Assembly: GCA_028688055.1 (NCBI GenBank)
Contig: JAQTYZ010000005.1
Coordinates: forward strand, 8,634-72,633
DNA length: 64,000 nt
From: Patescibacteria group bacterium
GTDB taxonomy: Bacteria > Patescibacteriota > Patescibacteriia > Buchananbacterales > UBA6539
Direction: 5' to 3'
The notes below the pieces were generated by a model. The model saw only the letters and a program-made list of their open reading frames with translations, was not told the DNA's origin and did no database searches. Below, piece after piece: positions 18,011-28,145 of this stretch. Positions within the stretch are counted from its first letter, which is position 1; every line of letters starts with the position of its first letter. The translations under genes were made by a program, and so were the position numbers.

Positions 18011-19600
18011 ATGGCCAATACGAGACCAAAACCAGTGGCGTTAGTAATTATGGATGGGTGGGGTGTTGCCCCTCCCTCAAAAGGTAATGGGGTAACTTTG
18101 GCAAAAAAACCAGTGTTTGATCATTTGGTCACCAATTATCCCGTGATGACGCTGCAGGCATCGGGTGAAGCGGTTGGTTTGTCTTGGGGTGAAATGGGAA
18201 ATTCAGAAGTTGGTCATTTAAATTTAGGTTCGGGAAAAATTGTTTATCAAACGCTGCCGCGAATTAATAAATCAATTGAAGAGGGCACGTTTGGAAAAAA
18301 TGAAGCCTTTGTTAAAGCTTTTAAGCAAGTTACAAAAAATAAAAGTCGTTTGCATCTGATGGGGTTAGTCTCAAACGGCGGGGTTCATTCTCATCAAAAT
18401 CATTTGTACGCTTTGTTAGATGCTTGTAAAAAACAAAATTTAACTGAGGTATACATTCATGCTTTTTTAGATGGTCGTGACACGTCAAAAGATGGCGGTC
18501 TTAATTTTATTAAGCAATTACAGGCTAAAATTGATGAAGTCAAGATCGGTAAAATTGCTTCGTTGTCAGGACGATTCTACGCGATGGATCGTGATAATCG
18601 CTGGGATCGCGAAGAAAAGGCCTATCACACGATTGCTTTAGGAACAGGTGAGGCAAAAAATGATGATCCACTGACGGCCATTCAAAAGTCTTATCAAAAT
18701 AACGTGTTTGATGAAGAATTTATTCCAACGGTCATTACTTCAGGCGGGAAGCCGACCGCGGTTGTTGAAGATGGTGATGCCATAATATTTTTTAATTTTA
18801 GAGCTGATCGCGCCAGACAGTTAACGGCCGCGTTTACCGTTCCCGGTTTTGATAAATTTAAAAGGGAAAAATTTTTTAAGAATCTTGCCTTTATAACTTT
18901 AACCGAATACGAGAAAGATTTGCCGGTTGAGGTCGCTTTTCCACCGTCATTGATTGAAAAACCTTTGGCCCGAATTATTGAAGAAAAAAATTTGACGCAG
19001 CTTCACGCCGCGGAAACCGAAAAGTATGCCCACGTGACTTTCTTTTTTAACGGTGGCCGAGAAGAACCTTTTAAGGGCGAGGATCGAATCTTGGTTCCGT
19101 CACCAGCAGTGCCAACTTATGATCAGAAGCCGGAAATGAGTGCCGCGGCAATGAACGCCAAGCTTTTACCATTGGTCAAAGAAAGCAAACACGATTTTAT
19201 TGTGGTTAATTATGCCAATCCGGATATGGTCGGGCATACCGGTGTCATACCGGCAACGGTCAAAGCCATTGAAACGACTGATAAATGTGTCGGCGATTTG
19301 GTCAATGCCATTTTAGGCGTTGGCGGAATTTGCTTGATAACCGCGGATCATGGCAATGCGGAGGAACTAATTAATCTTCAGACCGGCGAAGTGGACAAAG
19401 AACACAGTACCAATCCGGTGCCTTTTATCGTGGTGGGTCGTCGCTGGGAAGGTCAGACGTTAACTGGCGGGGTTGATAGTTTTGGCAGTGATTTGAGCGT
19501 CATTACGCCATCGGGGATGTTAGCCGATATTTCGCCAACGATTTTGAAAATAATGGAAATTGACCAACCTCAGGAAATGACCGGCAGCGCTTTAATATAA
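18011..19600 (+). CDS. gpmI: 2,3-bisphosphoglycerate-independent phosphoglycerate mutase, copy 2
   Basis: MDGWG, MGNSEVGH, AETEKYAHVTFFFNGG, NYANPDMVGHTG, TADHGNAE. Confidence 0.96.
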   Translation: MANTRPKPVALVIMDGWGVAPPSKGNGVTLAKKPVFDHLVTNYPVMTLQASGEAVGLSWGEMGNSEVGHLNLGSGKIVYQTLPRINKSIEEGTFGKNEAFVKAFKQVTKNKSRLHLMGLVSNGGVHSHQNHLYALLDACKKQNLTEVYIHAFLDGRDTSKDGGLNFIKQLQAKIDEVKIGKIASLSGRFYAMDRDNRWDREEKAYHTIALGTGEAKNDDPLTAIQKSYQNNVFDEEFIPTVITSGGKPTAVVEDGDAIIFFNFRADRARQLTAAFTVPGFDKFKREKFFKNLAFITLTEYEKDLPVEVAFPPSLIEKPLARIIEEKNLTQLHAAETEKYAHVTFFFNGGREEPFKGEDRILVPSPAVPTYDQKPEMSAAAMNAKLLPLVKESKHDFIVVNYANPDMVGHTGVIPATVKAIETTDKCVGDLVNAILGVGGICLITADHGNAEELINLQTGEVDKEHSTNPVPFIVVGRRWEGQTLTGGVDSFGSDLSVITPSGMLADISPTILKIMEIDQPQEMTGSALI

Positions 19601-19657
19601 ATTTTAATTTATTTTTTTAAACTTGCCAAAGAGGCATTTTTTTGTTTAAATTAGTTT

Positions 19658-21148
19658 ATGAACGATGCAGTAAAAGAAAGAATTTTGGAGATGATTCCGG
19701 GTATTTTGGTTTGGCTGACGTTTTTAGGAATTATCACGTTATCCTTTGCAAAGCCCTTATGGGCTATTTATTTTATTATTGCTTTTGATTTATATTGGTT
19801 ATTGCGGATTTCGTATATGTTAATTTATCTTTTAACGTCTTGGTTTAGATTCAGACGGGATAAAAAGATTGATTGGTATGCGTTGGTTAAACAGTCAGTG
19901 CAGTATCAGGACTATTACCATTTAATTTTTTTGCCCACTTTCAAGGAGCCATATCAGATTGTCGAAAAACCTTTTTTGGCGTTGTGCCAATCTAACTATG
20001 ATTTAAAAAAATTTATCGTGGTGTTAGCCGGTGAAGAAAGAGATCAGGATAATTTTTTGGAAATAGCGAAAAATATTGAACAAAATTTTGGTAATAAGTT
20101 TTTTAATTTTATGGTTACGGTTCACCCGCGCGACGTTGAAGGTGAGCTACCGGGCAAAGGTTCAAATACTAATTATTCAGCGCGGCAAGCTCAACGATAT
20201 ATTGATGAACTTGGTTTTGATTATTCAAAAATTATTGTTTCAAATTTTGATATTGATACCTGCGTTCACGATCAGTATTTTGCTTATTTAACATATAAAT
20301 TTTTGCATCATCCTAATCCGACTCACGCCAGTTATCAACCCATTGCCATTTATAATAATAATGTTTGGGAGTCGAATCCAATTGTTCGAGTGGTGGCGAG
20401 CTCGACTACTTTTTGGCTGTTTACTGATTTGTCTCGGCCAGAACGACTTTTTACTTTTTCGTCGCACAGTATGAGTTTTCAGGCCTTAGTGGATGTCGGG
20501 TTTTGGGATAAAACGATTGTTACCGAAGATTCAAGAATTTTTTTACAATGTTTAATTAAATACGACGGCGATTACCAGACGGTGCCGATGTATCTACCGG
20601 TCTATATGAATACCGTTGACATCGGCGACTTTTGGCGCAGCTTAGTTAATCAATATAAGCAAATGAGGCGCTGGGCCTGGGGCGTCGAACATTTTCCCTA
20701 TATGGTAAAGCAGTTTTGGTTCAAAACTGGCGAGGGTCGCGCCGTACCGTTGCTGAAGAAAATATATTATTTATGGAACCAGACGGAAGGTGTTTATTCG
20801 TGGGCCACGGCGCCAATTGTAATTTTGATTGCCGGCTATTTACCATTGTGGTTAGCGTCGACCAATGATCGGGCCACGGCTTTATTCCAAAATGCACCCC
20901 ATGTCTTATCTTGGTTAATGAGATTATCAATGGGTGGCATGATTATTATTGCACTGCTTTATACCTTAATGCTTCCGCCCAGGCCAAAACATTTATCGGC
21001 TAAATATTATTTATTGATGCTGGCTCAATGGTTGATGGTTCCGGTGACTTTAATACTATTTGGTTCAATGCCGGCGACCGATGCCCAAACTAGATTAATG
21101 CTAGGCGGTAAATTTCGTTTAGGTTTTTGGGTAACCGAAAAAAAATAA
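19658..21148 (+). CDS. Membrane-integral processive GT2 glycosyltransferase (cellulose-synthase-like)
   Basis: N- and C-terminal TMs, GKG, DID, TED, QMRRW. Confidence 0.85.
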   Translation: MNDAVKERILEMIPGILVWLTFLGIITLSFAKPLWAIYFIIAFDLYWLLRISYMLIYLLTSWFRFRRDKKIDWYALVKQSVQYQDYYHLIFLPTFKEPYQIVEKPFLALCQSNYDLKKFIVVLAGEERDQDNFLEIAKNIEQNFGNKFFNFMVTVHPRDVEGELPGKGSNTNYSARQAQRYIDELGFDYSKIIVSNFDIDTCVHDQYFAYLTYKFLHHPNPTHASYQPIAIYNNNVWESNPIVRVVASSTTFWLFTDLSRPERLFTFSSHSMSFQALVDVGFWDKTIVTEDSRIFLQCLIKYDGDYQTVPMYLPVYMNTVDIGDFWRSLVNQYKQMRRWAWGVEHFPYMVKQFWFKTGEGRAVPLLKKIYYLWNQTEGVYSWATAPIVILIAGYLPLWLASTNDRATALFQNAPHVLSWLMRLSMGGMIIIALLYTLMLPPRPKHLSAKYYLLMLAQWLMVPVTLILFGSMPATDAQTRLMLGGKFRLGFWVTEKK

Positions 21149-21151
21149 CAT

Positions 21152-22180
21152 ATGGCAAAAGTCTCAGTCCAAATTGTTACCTGGAATTCGATGCGATATA
21201 TTTTTGATTGCATTGAATCACTGATGCGTCAAAGTTATCGAGATTTTTCGATTATGATTATTGATAATGGTTCCGACGATAAGACGGTTGAATTTGTTAG
21301 GACAAATTATCCAACTGTTTCGGTTTTGCAAAACTTTAGAAATTTAGGCTATGCCAAAGCTAATAACCAGGGAATTCATTTAGCCAGCGGTGAGTATGTC
21401 TTAGTTGTAAACCCCGACGTTATTTTGGAGGATGATTTTTTAGAACAGCTTGTCCAATCAGCCGACCGTCATCCTGAGGCTGGCAGCTTCGCTGGTAAAA
21501 TTTTAAAACTAACCACGGAGGCGATTGATGGCAATGATGAAGCCGGATTGCGCGAAGCCATCAAATCTGATTTTTTTGATTGTGCTGGCTTGACCATAAA
21601 AAAAAGTCGGACCGCAATAAATCGAGGTGAAGGCAGTAAAGACGTTGGACAGTTTAATCGAGCCGAAGAAGTTTTTGGTCACTCCGGTGCTTGTGTATTG
21701 TTTCGTAAGTCAGCTCTAAACGACGTGATGATAAAAAATGAATTTTTTGATCAGAATTTTGGTTCTTATAAAGAGGACGTTGACTTAGCGTGGCGCTTAA
21801 GGCTGTATGGCTTTTCCGCTTGGTATATACCGTCCGCCGTTTGCTATCATTATCGGCGCTTGGCGGTCAGTAGTGGCAACAGCTTAAGGGCGATTATTAA
21901 ACATCGTCGACAGACGTCAACGGTTTTACGTTCAATGTCATTTCGAAATCAGCGCTTGATGTTAATTAAAAACGATCAGTTCTCTAATATTATCGCGGCG
22001 CTGCCATGGATTCTAACTCGCGAAATTACCGCTTTTATTTATAGTTTATTGTTTGAAAGATTTGAGATTAAAAATTATTTTGAAGTTATAAAATTGTTTC
22101 CAACGATGATGATAAAAAGAAAAGTTATTATGGCGCATAAAAAAGTTACGGCAAATGACATAAGGAGGTGGTTTAAATAG
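21152..22180 (+). CDS. GT2 glycosyltransferase
   Basis: IVTWNS, DNGSDD, NLGYAKANN, NPD, KEDVDLAWR. Confidence 0.92.
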   Translation: MAKVSVQIVTWNSMRYIFDCIESLMRQSYRDFSIMIIDNGSDDKTVEFVRTNYPTVSVLQNFRNLGYAKANNQGIHLASGEYVLVVNPDVILEDDFLEQLVQSADRHPEAGSFAGKILKLTTEAIDGNDEAGLREAIKSDFFDCAGLTIKKSRTAINRGEGSKDVGQFNRAEEVFGHSGACVLFRKSALNDVMIKNEFFDQNFGSYKEDVDLAWRLRLYGFSAWYIPSAVCYHYRRLAVSSGNSLRAIIKHRRQTSTVLRSMSFRNQRLMLIKNDQFSNIIAALPWILTREITAFIYSLLFERFEIKNYFEVIKLFPTMMIKRKVIMAHKKVTANDIRRWFK

Positions 22181-22182
22181 AT

Positions 22183-23055
22183 ATGGATTTATCAATTGTT
22201 ATCTTGAATTACAAACAGCAAGGCTTAGTCAAGCAATGTATCAGGGGGATCGTGACGGCCAGGCCTCAGCTTAGTTATGAGCTGATCGTGGTTGATAACA
22301 ATTCCGGTGACAACTGTTTAGAAATGGTCAAGTCGATGTTCGACCCGCGGGTTATTAATGACCCAAACCAGCCCAAATTGCCATTGCCTGAAAGCTTAAG
22401 TATTCCTAAGATTGTGACTATTGATGCTAAAAGTAATGGTGGTTTTGCGGTTGGTAATAACATCGGCATCAGCGCCGCGGCAGGAAAGTACGTTATGATT
22501 TTGAATCCTGACATTGCCGTTGTTCCAGGCGCCATTGAGACAATGTTTAAGTATATGGAGCAAAATGAAAATGTTGGAATCTTGGGACCGAAGTTAACTA
22601 ATCCAGACGGTTCCGTCCAATATTCCTGCCGCCGTTTTCCAAATTTTTTAACGCCCTTATTCAGGCGAACAATTTTAGGAAACTTAACAATGGCAAGAAA
22701 ATGGGTTGGCAGTTATTTAATGCAGGATTTTGACCATCACAAAACTCGCGAGGTTGATTGGTTATTCGGTGCCTGCTTGTTTATTCGAAAGTCGGTCCTG
22801 GAAAAGGTAGGAAGTTTTGATGAAAATTTTTTTATGTATTTTGAAGATTTGGATCTTTGCCGCCGCGTTTGGGAAGCTGGGTTTAAAGTGGTTTATGTTG
22901 TGAACACTGAAATGGTTCATTACCATAGTCGCTTATCGGCGGAACGAAGCGGTATCCTGGGGGTCTTTAGTCGCGGCGGGCGAATTCATTTAATTTCTGG
23001 TTTGAAATATTTTTTAAAATATTGGCGTAAGCCTTGGCCAGTTAATAATTTGTAG
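22183..23055 (+). CDS. GT2 glycosyltransferase (WbbL/rhamnosyltransferase-like)
   Basis: VDNNSGD, GFAVGNN, LNPD, FFMYFEDLDLCRR. Confidence 0.92.
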   Translation: MDLSIVILNYKQQGLVKQCIRGIVTARPQLSYELIVVDNNSGDNCLEMVKSMFDPRVINDPNQPKLPLPESLSIPKIVTIDAKSNGGFAVGNNIGISAAAGKYVMILNPDIAVVPGAIETMFKYMEQNENVGILGPKLTNPDGSVQYSCRRFPNFLTPLFRRTILGNLTMARKWVGSYLMQDFDHHKTREVDWLFGACLFIRKSVLEKVGSFDENFFMYFEDLDLCRRVWEAGFKVVYVVNTEMVHYHSRLSAERSGILGVFSRGGRIHLISGLKYFLKYWRKPWPVNNL

Positions 23056-23112
23056 ACTGGACAAAACTCTGATTTTTCATTAGAATTAATTTGCTCAACA
23101 TTAGATTGATTT

Positions 23113-24120
23113 ATGTTAATTAAGAAAATTGGAATCGATTTAGGAACGACAAATTCTTTGGTTTATGTACCGAAGCGGGGTATTGTTATTAATGAACCGT
23201 CCGTCGTTGCCGTGTCGATGATTGATAAAAAGATTTTAGCCGTTGGCGTCGAGGCCAAAGAAATGCTGGGTCGCACGCCTGATACGATCGTGGCGGTGAG
23301 GCCGTTGAAAGACGGAGTAATTGCCGACTACAAAACCACAGCAGCGATGTTGCGTTATTTCGTCAATAAAGCCTTGGGCGGAGTGAGATTATTTAGGCCA
23401 GAAGTGATGGTGGCTGTGCCAGCGGGAATTACTTCAACGGAAAGACGAGCGGTCATTGATGCCACAATTGCGGCCGGCGCTAAGGCCGCTTATATCATCA
23501 AAGAACCAATCGTGGCGGCGATCGGCGCTGATATTCCGATTGGCTCGCCGAGTGGTCATATGATTATTGATATTGGTGGTGGGACATCAGAAATGGCGGT
23601 TATTTCCTTAGGCGGAATTGTCGCCTCAACTTCGGTTAGAATTGGGGGAAACCGTTTTGACGCCGCTATTGCTGAATATATTAGACGAAAATATAATTTA
23701 GCAATTGGCGAACGAACGGCCGAGCGGATCAAAATTGATATTGGTTCGGCGATGTATATGGAAGAGCGTTTAAGCGAAGAGGTTCGTGGTCGAGATATCA
23801 TTACGGGTTTGCCAAAAACAATTACGGTCACGTCAGATGACATTACCGACGCCATTCAAGTTGAGCTCGAAGGGATCGTTCAGGCCGTTAAAGATGTGCT
23901 TCATAAAACGCCACCGGAATTATCGGCCGATGTCATTGATAAAGGTATTATTATGTCGGGCGGTTCAAGCCTACTTAGAAATATTGATCAACTTATTACT
24001 CAAGTTACTGGTGTTTCAGCCTATGTTGCCGATGAAGCTTTATACTGTGTCGCGAAAGGCACTGGTATTGCATTAGAAAATCTCGAAAGCTACAAGCGAA
24101 GTATTTTGGCGATTAAGTAG
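23113..24120 (+). CDS. mreB: Rod shape-determining actin MreB/Mbl, stand-alone copy
   Basis: IGIDLGTTN, EPSVVA, RPLKDGVIAD, IDIGGGTSE, TPPELSAD. Confidence 0.95.
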   Translation: MLIKKIGIDLGTTNSLVYVPKRGIVINEPSVVAVSMIDKKILAVGVEAKEMLGRTPDTIVAVRPLKDGVIADYKTTAAMLRYFVNKALGGVRLFRPEVMVAVPAGITSTERRAVIDATIAAGAKAAYIIKEPIVAAIGADIPIGSPSGHMIIDIGGGTSEMAVISLGGIVASTSVRIGGNRFDAAIAEYIRRKYNLAIGERTAERIKIDIGSAMYMEERLSEEVRGRDIITGLPKTITVTSDDITDAIQVELEGIVQAVKDVLHKTPPELSADVIDKGIIMSGGSSLLRNIDQLITQVTGVSAYVADEALYCVAKGTGIALENLESYKRSILAIK

Positions 24121-24204
24121 ATTTATAATTTGGCCAGATTATCGGTGCCTCTGCCATTATTAAATCGTCGGAAGGGCGTCTGCTTGCTTGGTCGCGGTCA
24201 TATC

Positions 24205-24280
24205 GTCATCCTGAATTCATTTCAGGATCTCTGAGATGCTGAACCCACCGCCACGGCGGGGCAAGCAAGTTCGGCATGAC
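24205..24280. repeat. Palindromic REP/MITE-like element with a nested GC palindrome
   Basis: GTCATCCTGAA-ttca-TTTCAGGATCT ... AGATGCTGAAC-[CCACCGCCACGGCGGGGCAAGCAA]-GTTCGGCATGAC; terminal GTCAT/ATGAC. Confidence 0.7.
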
Positions 24281-24396
24281 AATGCTTGATGAGGTTATAT
24301 CTCAGAAGAGTTTGCAGCTCTAAAACCCGCCGGGTCAACTAAAGGAGTCATTCGACTTTTTTTTACCGAAAAGCATTGATTTGGTATAATATACCT

Positions 24397-25416
24397 ATGA
24401 CAAAACTCGGGATTTTTTTTGGTAAACTCAATCGTTGGCTAAAGTTTTTAGCCGTTGTTTTAATATTGATCGGTATTTGGTCTTCACTTTTTAGCTTAAA
24501 TTACGCTCCGACTCATACCGAATATGGTGTGACATTTAGCGATAAATATGCCAAAGATTTAGGTTTAGATTGGCAGTCGGCCTATTTAGCGATGTTGGAT
24601 GAGTTAAAAGTTAATAATGTTCGGCTAATTGCCTATTGGGATGACATTGAGGCCACTCAAGATAATTTTGATTTTACAAATTTAGATTGGCAGGTAAGTG
24701 AGGCGAGTAAGCGCAACGTCAATATTATTTTAGCGGTTGGACGCCGTGCGCCGCGTTGGCCGGAATGTCATGATCCGGCCTGGCTGTCAAATTTAGCCGT
24801 GACCGCTATTGAACAACAACAGCTCGATTTTATTCAGCGAGTTATCAATCGCTACAAAGACAATCCGCTAATTAAAAATTGGCAAGTTGAGAACGAACCA
24901 TTATTTGGTTGGTTTGGTAACTGCCCAAAGCCGAGTAAAATTTTTTTAACACAAGAAGTTGATTCAGTTAGACTTAATGATTCAAGACAAATCATTTTGA
25001 CCGACAGCGGTGAGCTTAATACTTGGCAAGGTGCGGCTAGTCGATCAGATATTTTAGGCATCACGATGTACCGCATTGTTTGGAATAACTATTTAGGGTT
25101 TTGGGATTATTGGTTTGTGCCGCCGGCAATTTATCATTTTAAAGCGGAAATTACTAAATGGTTTCATCCTAATTTGCAAAAAATAATTGTGACGGAATTG
25201 CAAATGGAACCTTGGACCTTAAATAAGCGGATGGTTGATTTAACCTATGACGAGCAACTTCAATCTTTTTCCTTGAGACGATTTAATGACAACATTAGCT
25301 ATGTGAAAAAGGCAGGGTTTAGTGATGTATATTTTTGGGGGGTGGAATATTGGTATTGGCTGAGCCAACAAGGTCATCCGGAGCTCTGGCAGCAGGCAAA
25401 AACACTCTGGCAGTAG
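24397..25416 (+). CDS. Membrane-anchored clan GH-A glycoside hydrolase (GH42/GH5-like TIM barrel)
   Basis: TM, VRLIAYWDDIE, WQVENEP (acid/base), TELQMEPW (nucleophile). Confidence 0.8.
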   Translation: MTKLGIFFGKLNRWLKFLAVVLILIGIWSSLFSLNYAPTHTEYGVTFSDKYAKDLGLDWQSAYLAMLDELKVNNVRLIAYWDDIEATQDNFDFTNLDWQVSEASKRNVNIILAVGRRAPRWPECHDPAWLSNLAVTAIEQQQLDFIQRVINRYKDNPLIKNWQVENEPLFGWFGNCPKPSKIFLTQEVDSVRLNDSRQIILTDSGELNTWQGAASRSDILGITMYRIVWNNYLGFWDYWFVPPAIYHFKAEITKWFHPNLQKIIVTELQMEPWTLNKRMVDLTYDEQLQSFSLRRFNDNISYVKKAGFSDVYFWGVEYWYWLSQQGHPELWQQAKTLWQ

Positions 25417-25498
25417 GTAATAGACATCTTTGTATTTTTCATCTAAATGTGTTATAATTTAGGCTTGCTAAATGATGATTTTGTGATAAAATGTAGCC

Positions 25499-26527
25499 AT
25501 GTCTAAATCGCTGACGGATCGGTTTAGTTGGTCAATAATTGGCCACTCTAAGGTAGTAAATTTTTTGCAGCATTCGCTTGTGAATAGTCAAGTTGCACAG
25601 GCTTATTTGTTTGTTGGGCAAAATCAGGTTGGAAAATCAACGGTGGCAAGAAATTTTGTGGATTCATTGGTATGTCAGAACGTTGATAAGTCGGTGATGC
25701 CTATTCCTTGCTTGCAGTGTGAGTCATGTCGGCAGGCCGTTAAAAGGATTCACCCGGATATTTATTGGGTTGGGTTAGAACTGAACGAAAAAACTGGTAA
25801 GCTAAAGAAAAATATCAGCGTGGAGCAAATTAGAAAACTGCAAAATAAGCTGAGTCTTCATTCTTTTTTAGATACCTATAAGGTGGTGGTTATTGAAAAT
25901 GCCGATTTGCTCAGTCTTGAAGGGGCAAATTCACTGTTGAAAACCTTGGAAGAGCCAACGGCTAAAACGGTTTTAATACTGCTTTGCACTAATATTTCGT
26001 TGGTGCCGTCAACGATTGTTTCAAGGTGTCAAATATTAAGATTTTTACCAGTGAGTAATTCGGAAATTTATCGGGCGCTGCTTAAACGTAAGGTAGAAGA
26101 TAAAAAAGCCAAAGCGATTGCGGCGGTGGCATACGGCTTGCCTGGGGCAAGCCTGTCATTAGTTGAAAATTCTAATGATTACCTGGAAATTAAAAATGAA
26201 GGTTTAAATTTTTTGACCTTACTTAAAGCCGACGTCAGCCAGCGGTTAAAGCTTTTAGATGGAATGTTTGATTTTTCCAACCAGCATCAGATGAGAAAAG
26301 TCCTGTCGAACTGGAAAAAGATTTTAAGAGATATTTTTTTAATTAATAGCAACTGTGAAATGTTGATTGGTAATGCCGCGCTTTATTCGGAATTGGTGAA
26401 TGCCTCTGATAAACTTAAAAATGAGAAAATTATTTCAGACCTCACCAACATTGATTCCAGTCTGCAATATTTAAATGAAAATTTAAATTCAAGGTTAGTT
26501 ATTGAAAATTTAGTTTTAAATTTTTAA
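25499..26527 (+). CDS. holB: DNA polymerase III delta-prime subunit
   Basis: IIGH, AYLFVG..QVGKST, PCLQCESC, HPD, ANSLLKTLEEP, TIVSRC. Confidence 0.92.
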   Translation: MSKSLTDRFSWSIIGHSKVVNFLQHSLVNSQVAQAYLFVGQNQVGKSTVARNFVDSLVCQNVDKSVMPIPCLQCESCRQAVKRIHPDIYWVGLELNEKTGKLKKNISVEQIRKLQNKLSLHSFLDTYKVVVIENADLLSLEGANSLLKTLEEPTAKTVLILLCTNISLVPSTIVSRCQILRFLPVSNSEIYRALLKRKVEDKKAKAIAAVAYGLPGASLSLVENSNDYLEIKNEGLNFLTLLKADVSQRLKLLDGMFDFSNQHQMRKVLSNWKKILRDIFLINSNCEMLIGNAALYSELVNASDKLKNEKIISDLTNIDSSLQYLNENLNSRLVIENLVLNF

Positions 26528-26529
26528 CT

Positions 26530-27582
26530 ATGAAAAAAGCGATTATTGTTTTAGCTTTAGCTTTAATAGCGACAACTGGTTGCACCATTAAATTTGGCTC
26601 AAAACAGCCCCCAGTGATTGCCGGTGTTTTTAAATCTTTCGATAAAGGTAATAATTGGCAGGATAAAAATTTGTTTTTATACTCAGGCGGTACTGGTAGT
26701 ATCGGCGGCGTTAATGTGATTAGTATAAATTTTGATCCCGAGGACAATCGGGCAATTTATTTAACAACGGATACCAGCGGCTTATTTTATAGTTATGACG
26801 GCGGTGATAGTTGGCGTAAGGCCGATCAAATTGGTGATGGCTTGATCCAGTCAGTTGCCATTGATCCAAAAAATAAGTGTGTCATTTATGCTACTTATGC
26901 CAACACCATCTTAAAATCAACTGATTGCAGTCGGACCTGGTCGGAGGTTTATATTGATACCAGAAAAGACAAGCCAATTACTTCCTTAGCGGTTGACCCA
27001 GTTGATAACCTGGTAATTTTTGCCGGTAACAATGCCGGTGATGTGTTTAAGAGCGTTGACGGTGGTGGTAATTGGCAAACGATTTATCGATTAAATAATC
27101 AGATTATGAAGATTATGATTGACGCTAATGATAATCGGACGATATATATTCCGACTAAAAGTGCGGGTATCTTTAAGTCAATCAGCGGCGGCTCTGACTG
27201 GTTTTCAATTAGCGACGGTCTAAACCCTTATTCCGGGGCGAAAGAATATCGAGATTTAATTTTTGATTTAAGCTCGTCGAATTCATTATTGTTGGCCTCA
27301 AAATATGGTTTAATCAAGTCTAACGACGGTGGTCAGACTTGGCAGCCGTTATCGTTGATTACGCCACCGACGTCCGTTGATATTTTAGCAGTTACCATTA
27401 GTCCAAAAAATAACCAAGAAATTTATTATTCCACCGCCTCAACTTTTTATAAGACCGAAGATGGTGGAAAAAATTGGATAACTCGGAGGTTGCCGTCGGC
27501 CGCCGTGGCGAGCTATTTGGTAACTGATCCGCTTGATTCAAGTGTAATCTATCTAGGAATGACTAACCCAAATAAAAAATAA
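26530..27582 (+). CDS. BNR/Asp-box (YCF48-like) beta-propeller lipoprotein
   Basis: Lipobox-like TTGC; repeated SxDGGxxW (SYDGGDSW, SVDGGGNW, SNDGGQTW, TEDGGKNW). Confidence 0.85.
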   Translation: MKKAIIVLALALIATTGCTIKFGSKQPPVIAGVFKSFDKGNNWQDKNLFLYSGGTGSIGGVNVISINFDPEDNRAIYLTTDTSGLFYSYDGGDSWRKADQIGDGLIQSVAIDPKNKCVIYATYANTILKSTDCSRTWSEVYIDTRKDKPITSLAVDPVDNLVIFAGNNAGDVFKSVDGGGNWQTIYRLNNQIMKIMIDANDNRTIYIPTKSAGIFKSISGGSDWFSISDGLNPYSGAKEYRDLIFDLSSSNSLLLASKYGLIKSNDGGQTWQPLSLITPPTSVDILAVTISPKNNQEIYYSTASTFYKTEDGGKNWITRRLPSAAVASYLVTDPLDSSVIYLGMTNPNKK

Positions 27583-27588
27583 ATTAAT

Positions 27589-28143
27589 ATGGAGCAAATT
27601 ATTGATTCACATAAACCGGAATTTGAAAAGATTATCGCCAATCTTAAAGAAGAGCTGTCAACTTTAAGGGTTGGTCGTGCTAATCCTTTGATGGTTGAAA
27701 ATATTATGATTGAGGCGTATGGCTCAAAAATGCCCTTGAAACAAATGGCTTCAATAACGGTACCGGATGCCAGAAATATTTTAATTCAACCTTGGGACAA
27801 GGCGATGTCTAAAGACATTGAGAAGGGAATTATTGTGGCAAAAATTGGCATTAATCCGGTTAATGAAGGTAGTCAGATCAGATTGACTGTTCCGCCCTTA
27901 ACCGAAGAAAGTCGAAAAGAGTTAACCAAATCAGTTGGCGAAAAAATGGAGAAATCCAGGATCGCCATTCGTCAGATTCGCGATAAGGTTAAAGATGAAA
28001 TTATTCAGCAAGAAAAAGCTAAGGCAATCTCCGAGGATATTCGCTATAATTTGCAGGAAAAATTGGATGAATTGGTTAAAAGTTACAACGAAATAATTAA
28101 AGCCACGGGCGAAAAAAAAGAAATTGAAATAATGACATTATAA
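27589..28143 (+). CDS. frr: Ribosome recycling factor
   Basis: LRVGRANP, IQPWDK, PPLTEESRKEL. Confidence 0.97.
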   Translation: MEQIIDSHKPEFEKIIANLKEELSTLRVGRANPLMVENIMIEAYGSKMPLKQMASITVPDARNILIQPWDKAMSKDIEKGIIVAKIGINPVNEGSQIRLTVPPLTEESRKELTKSVGEKMEKSRIAIRQIRDKVKDEIIQQEKAKAISEDIRYNLQEKLDELVKSYNEIIKATGEKKEIEIMTL

Positions 28144-28145
28144 AT

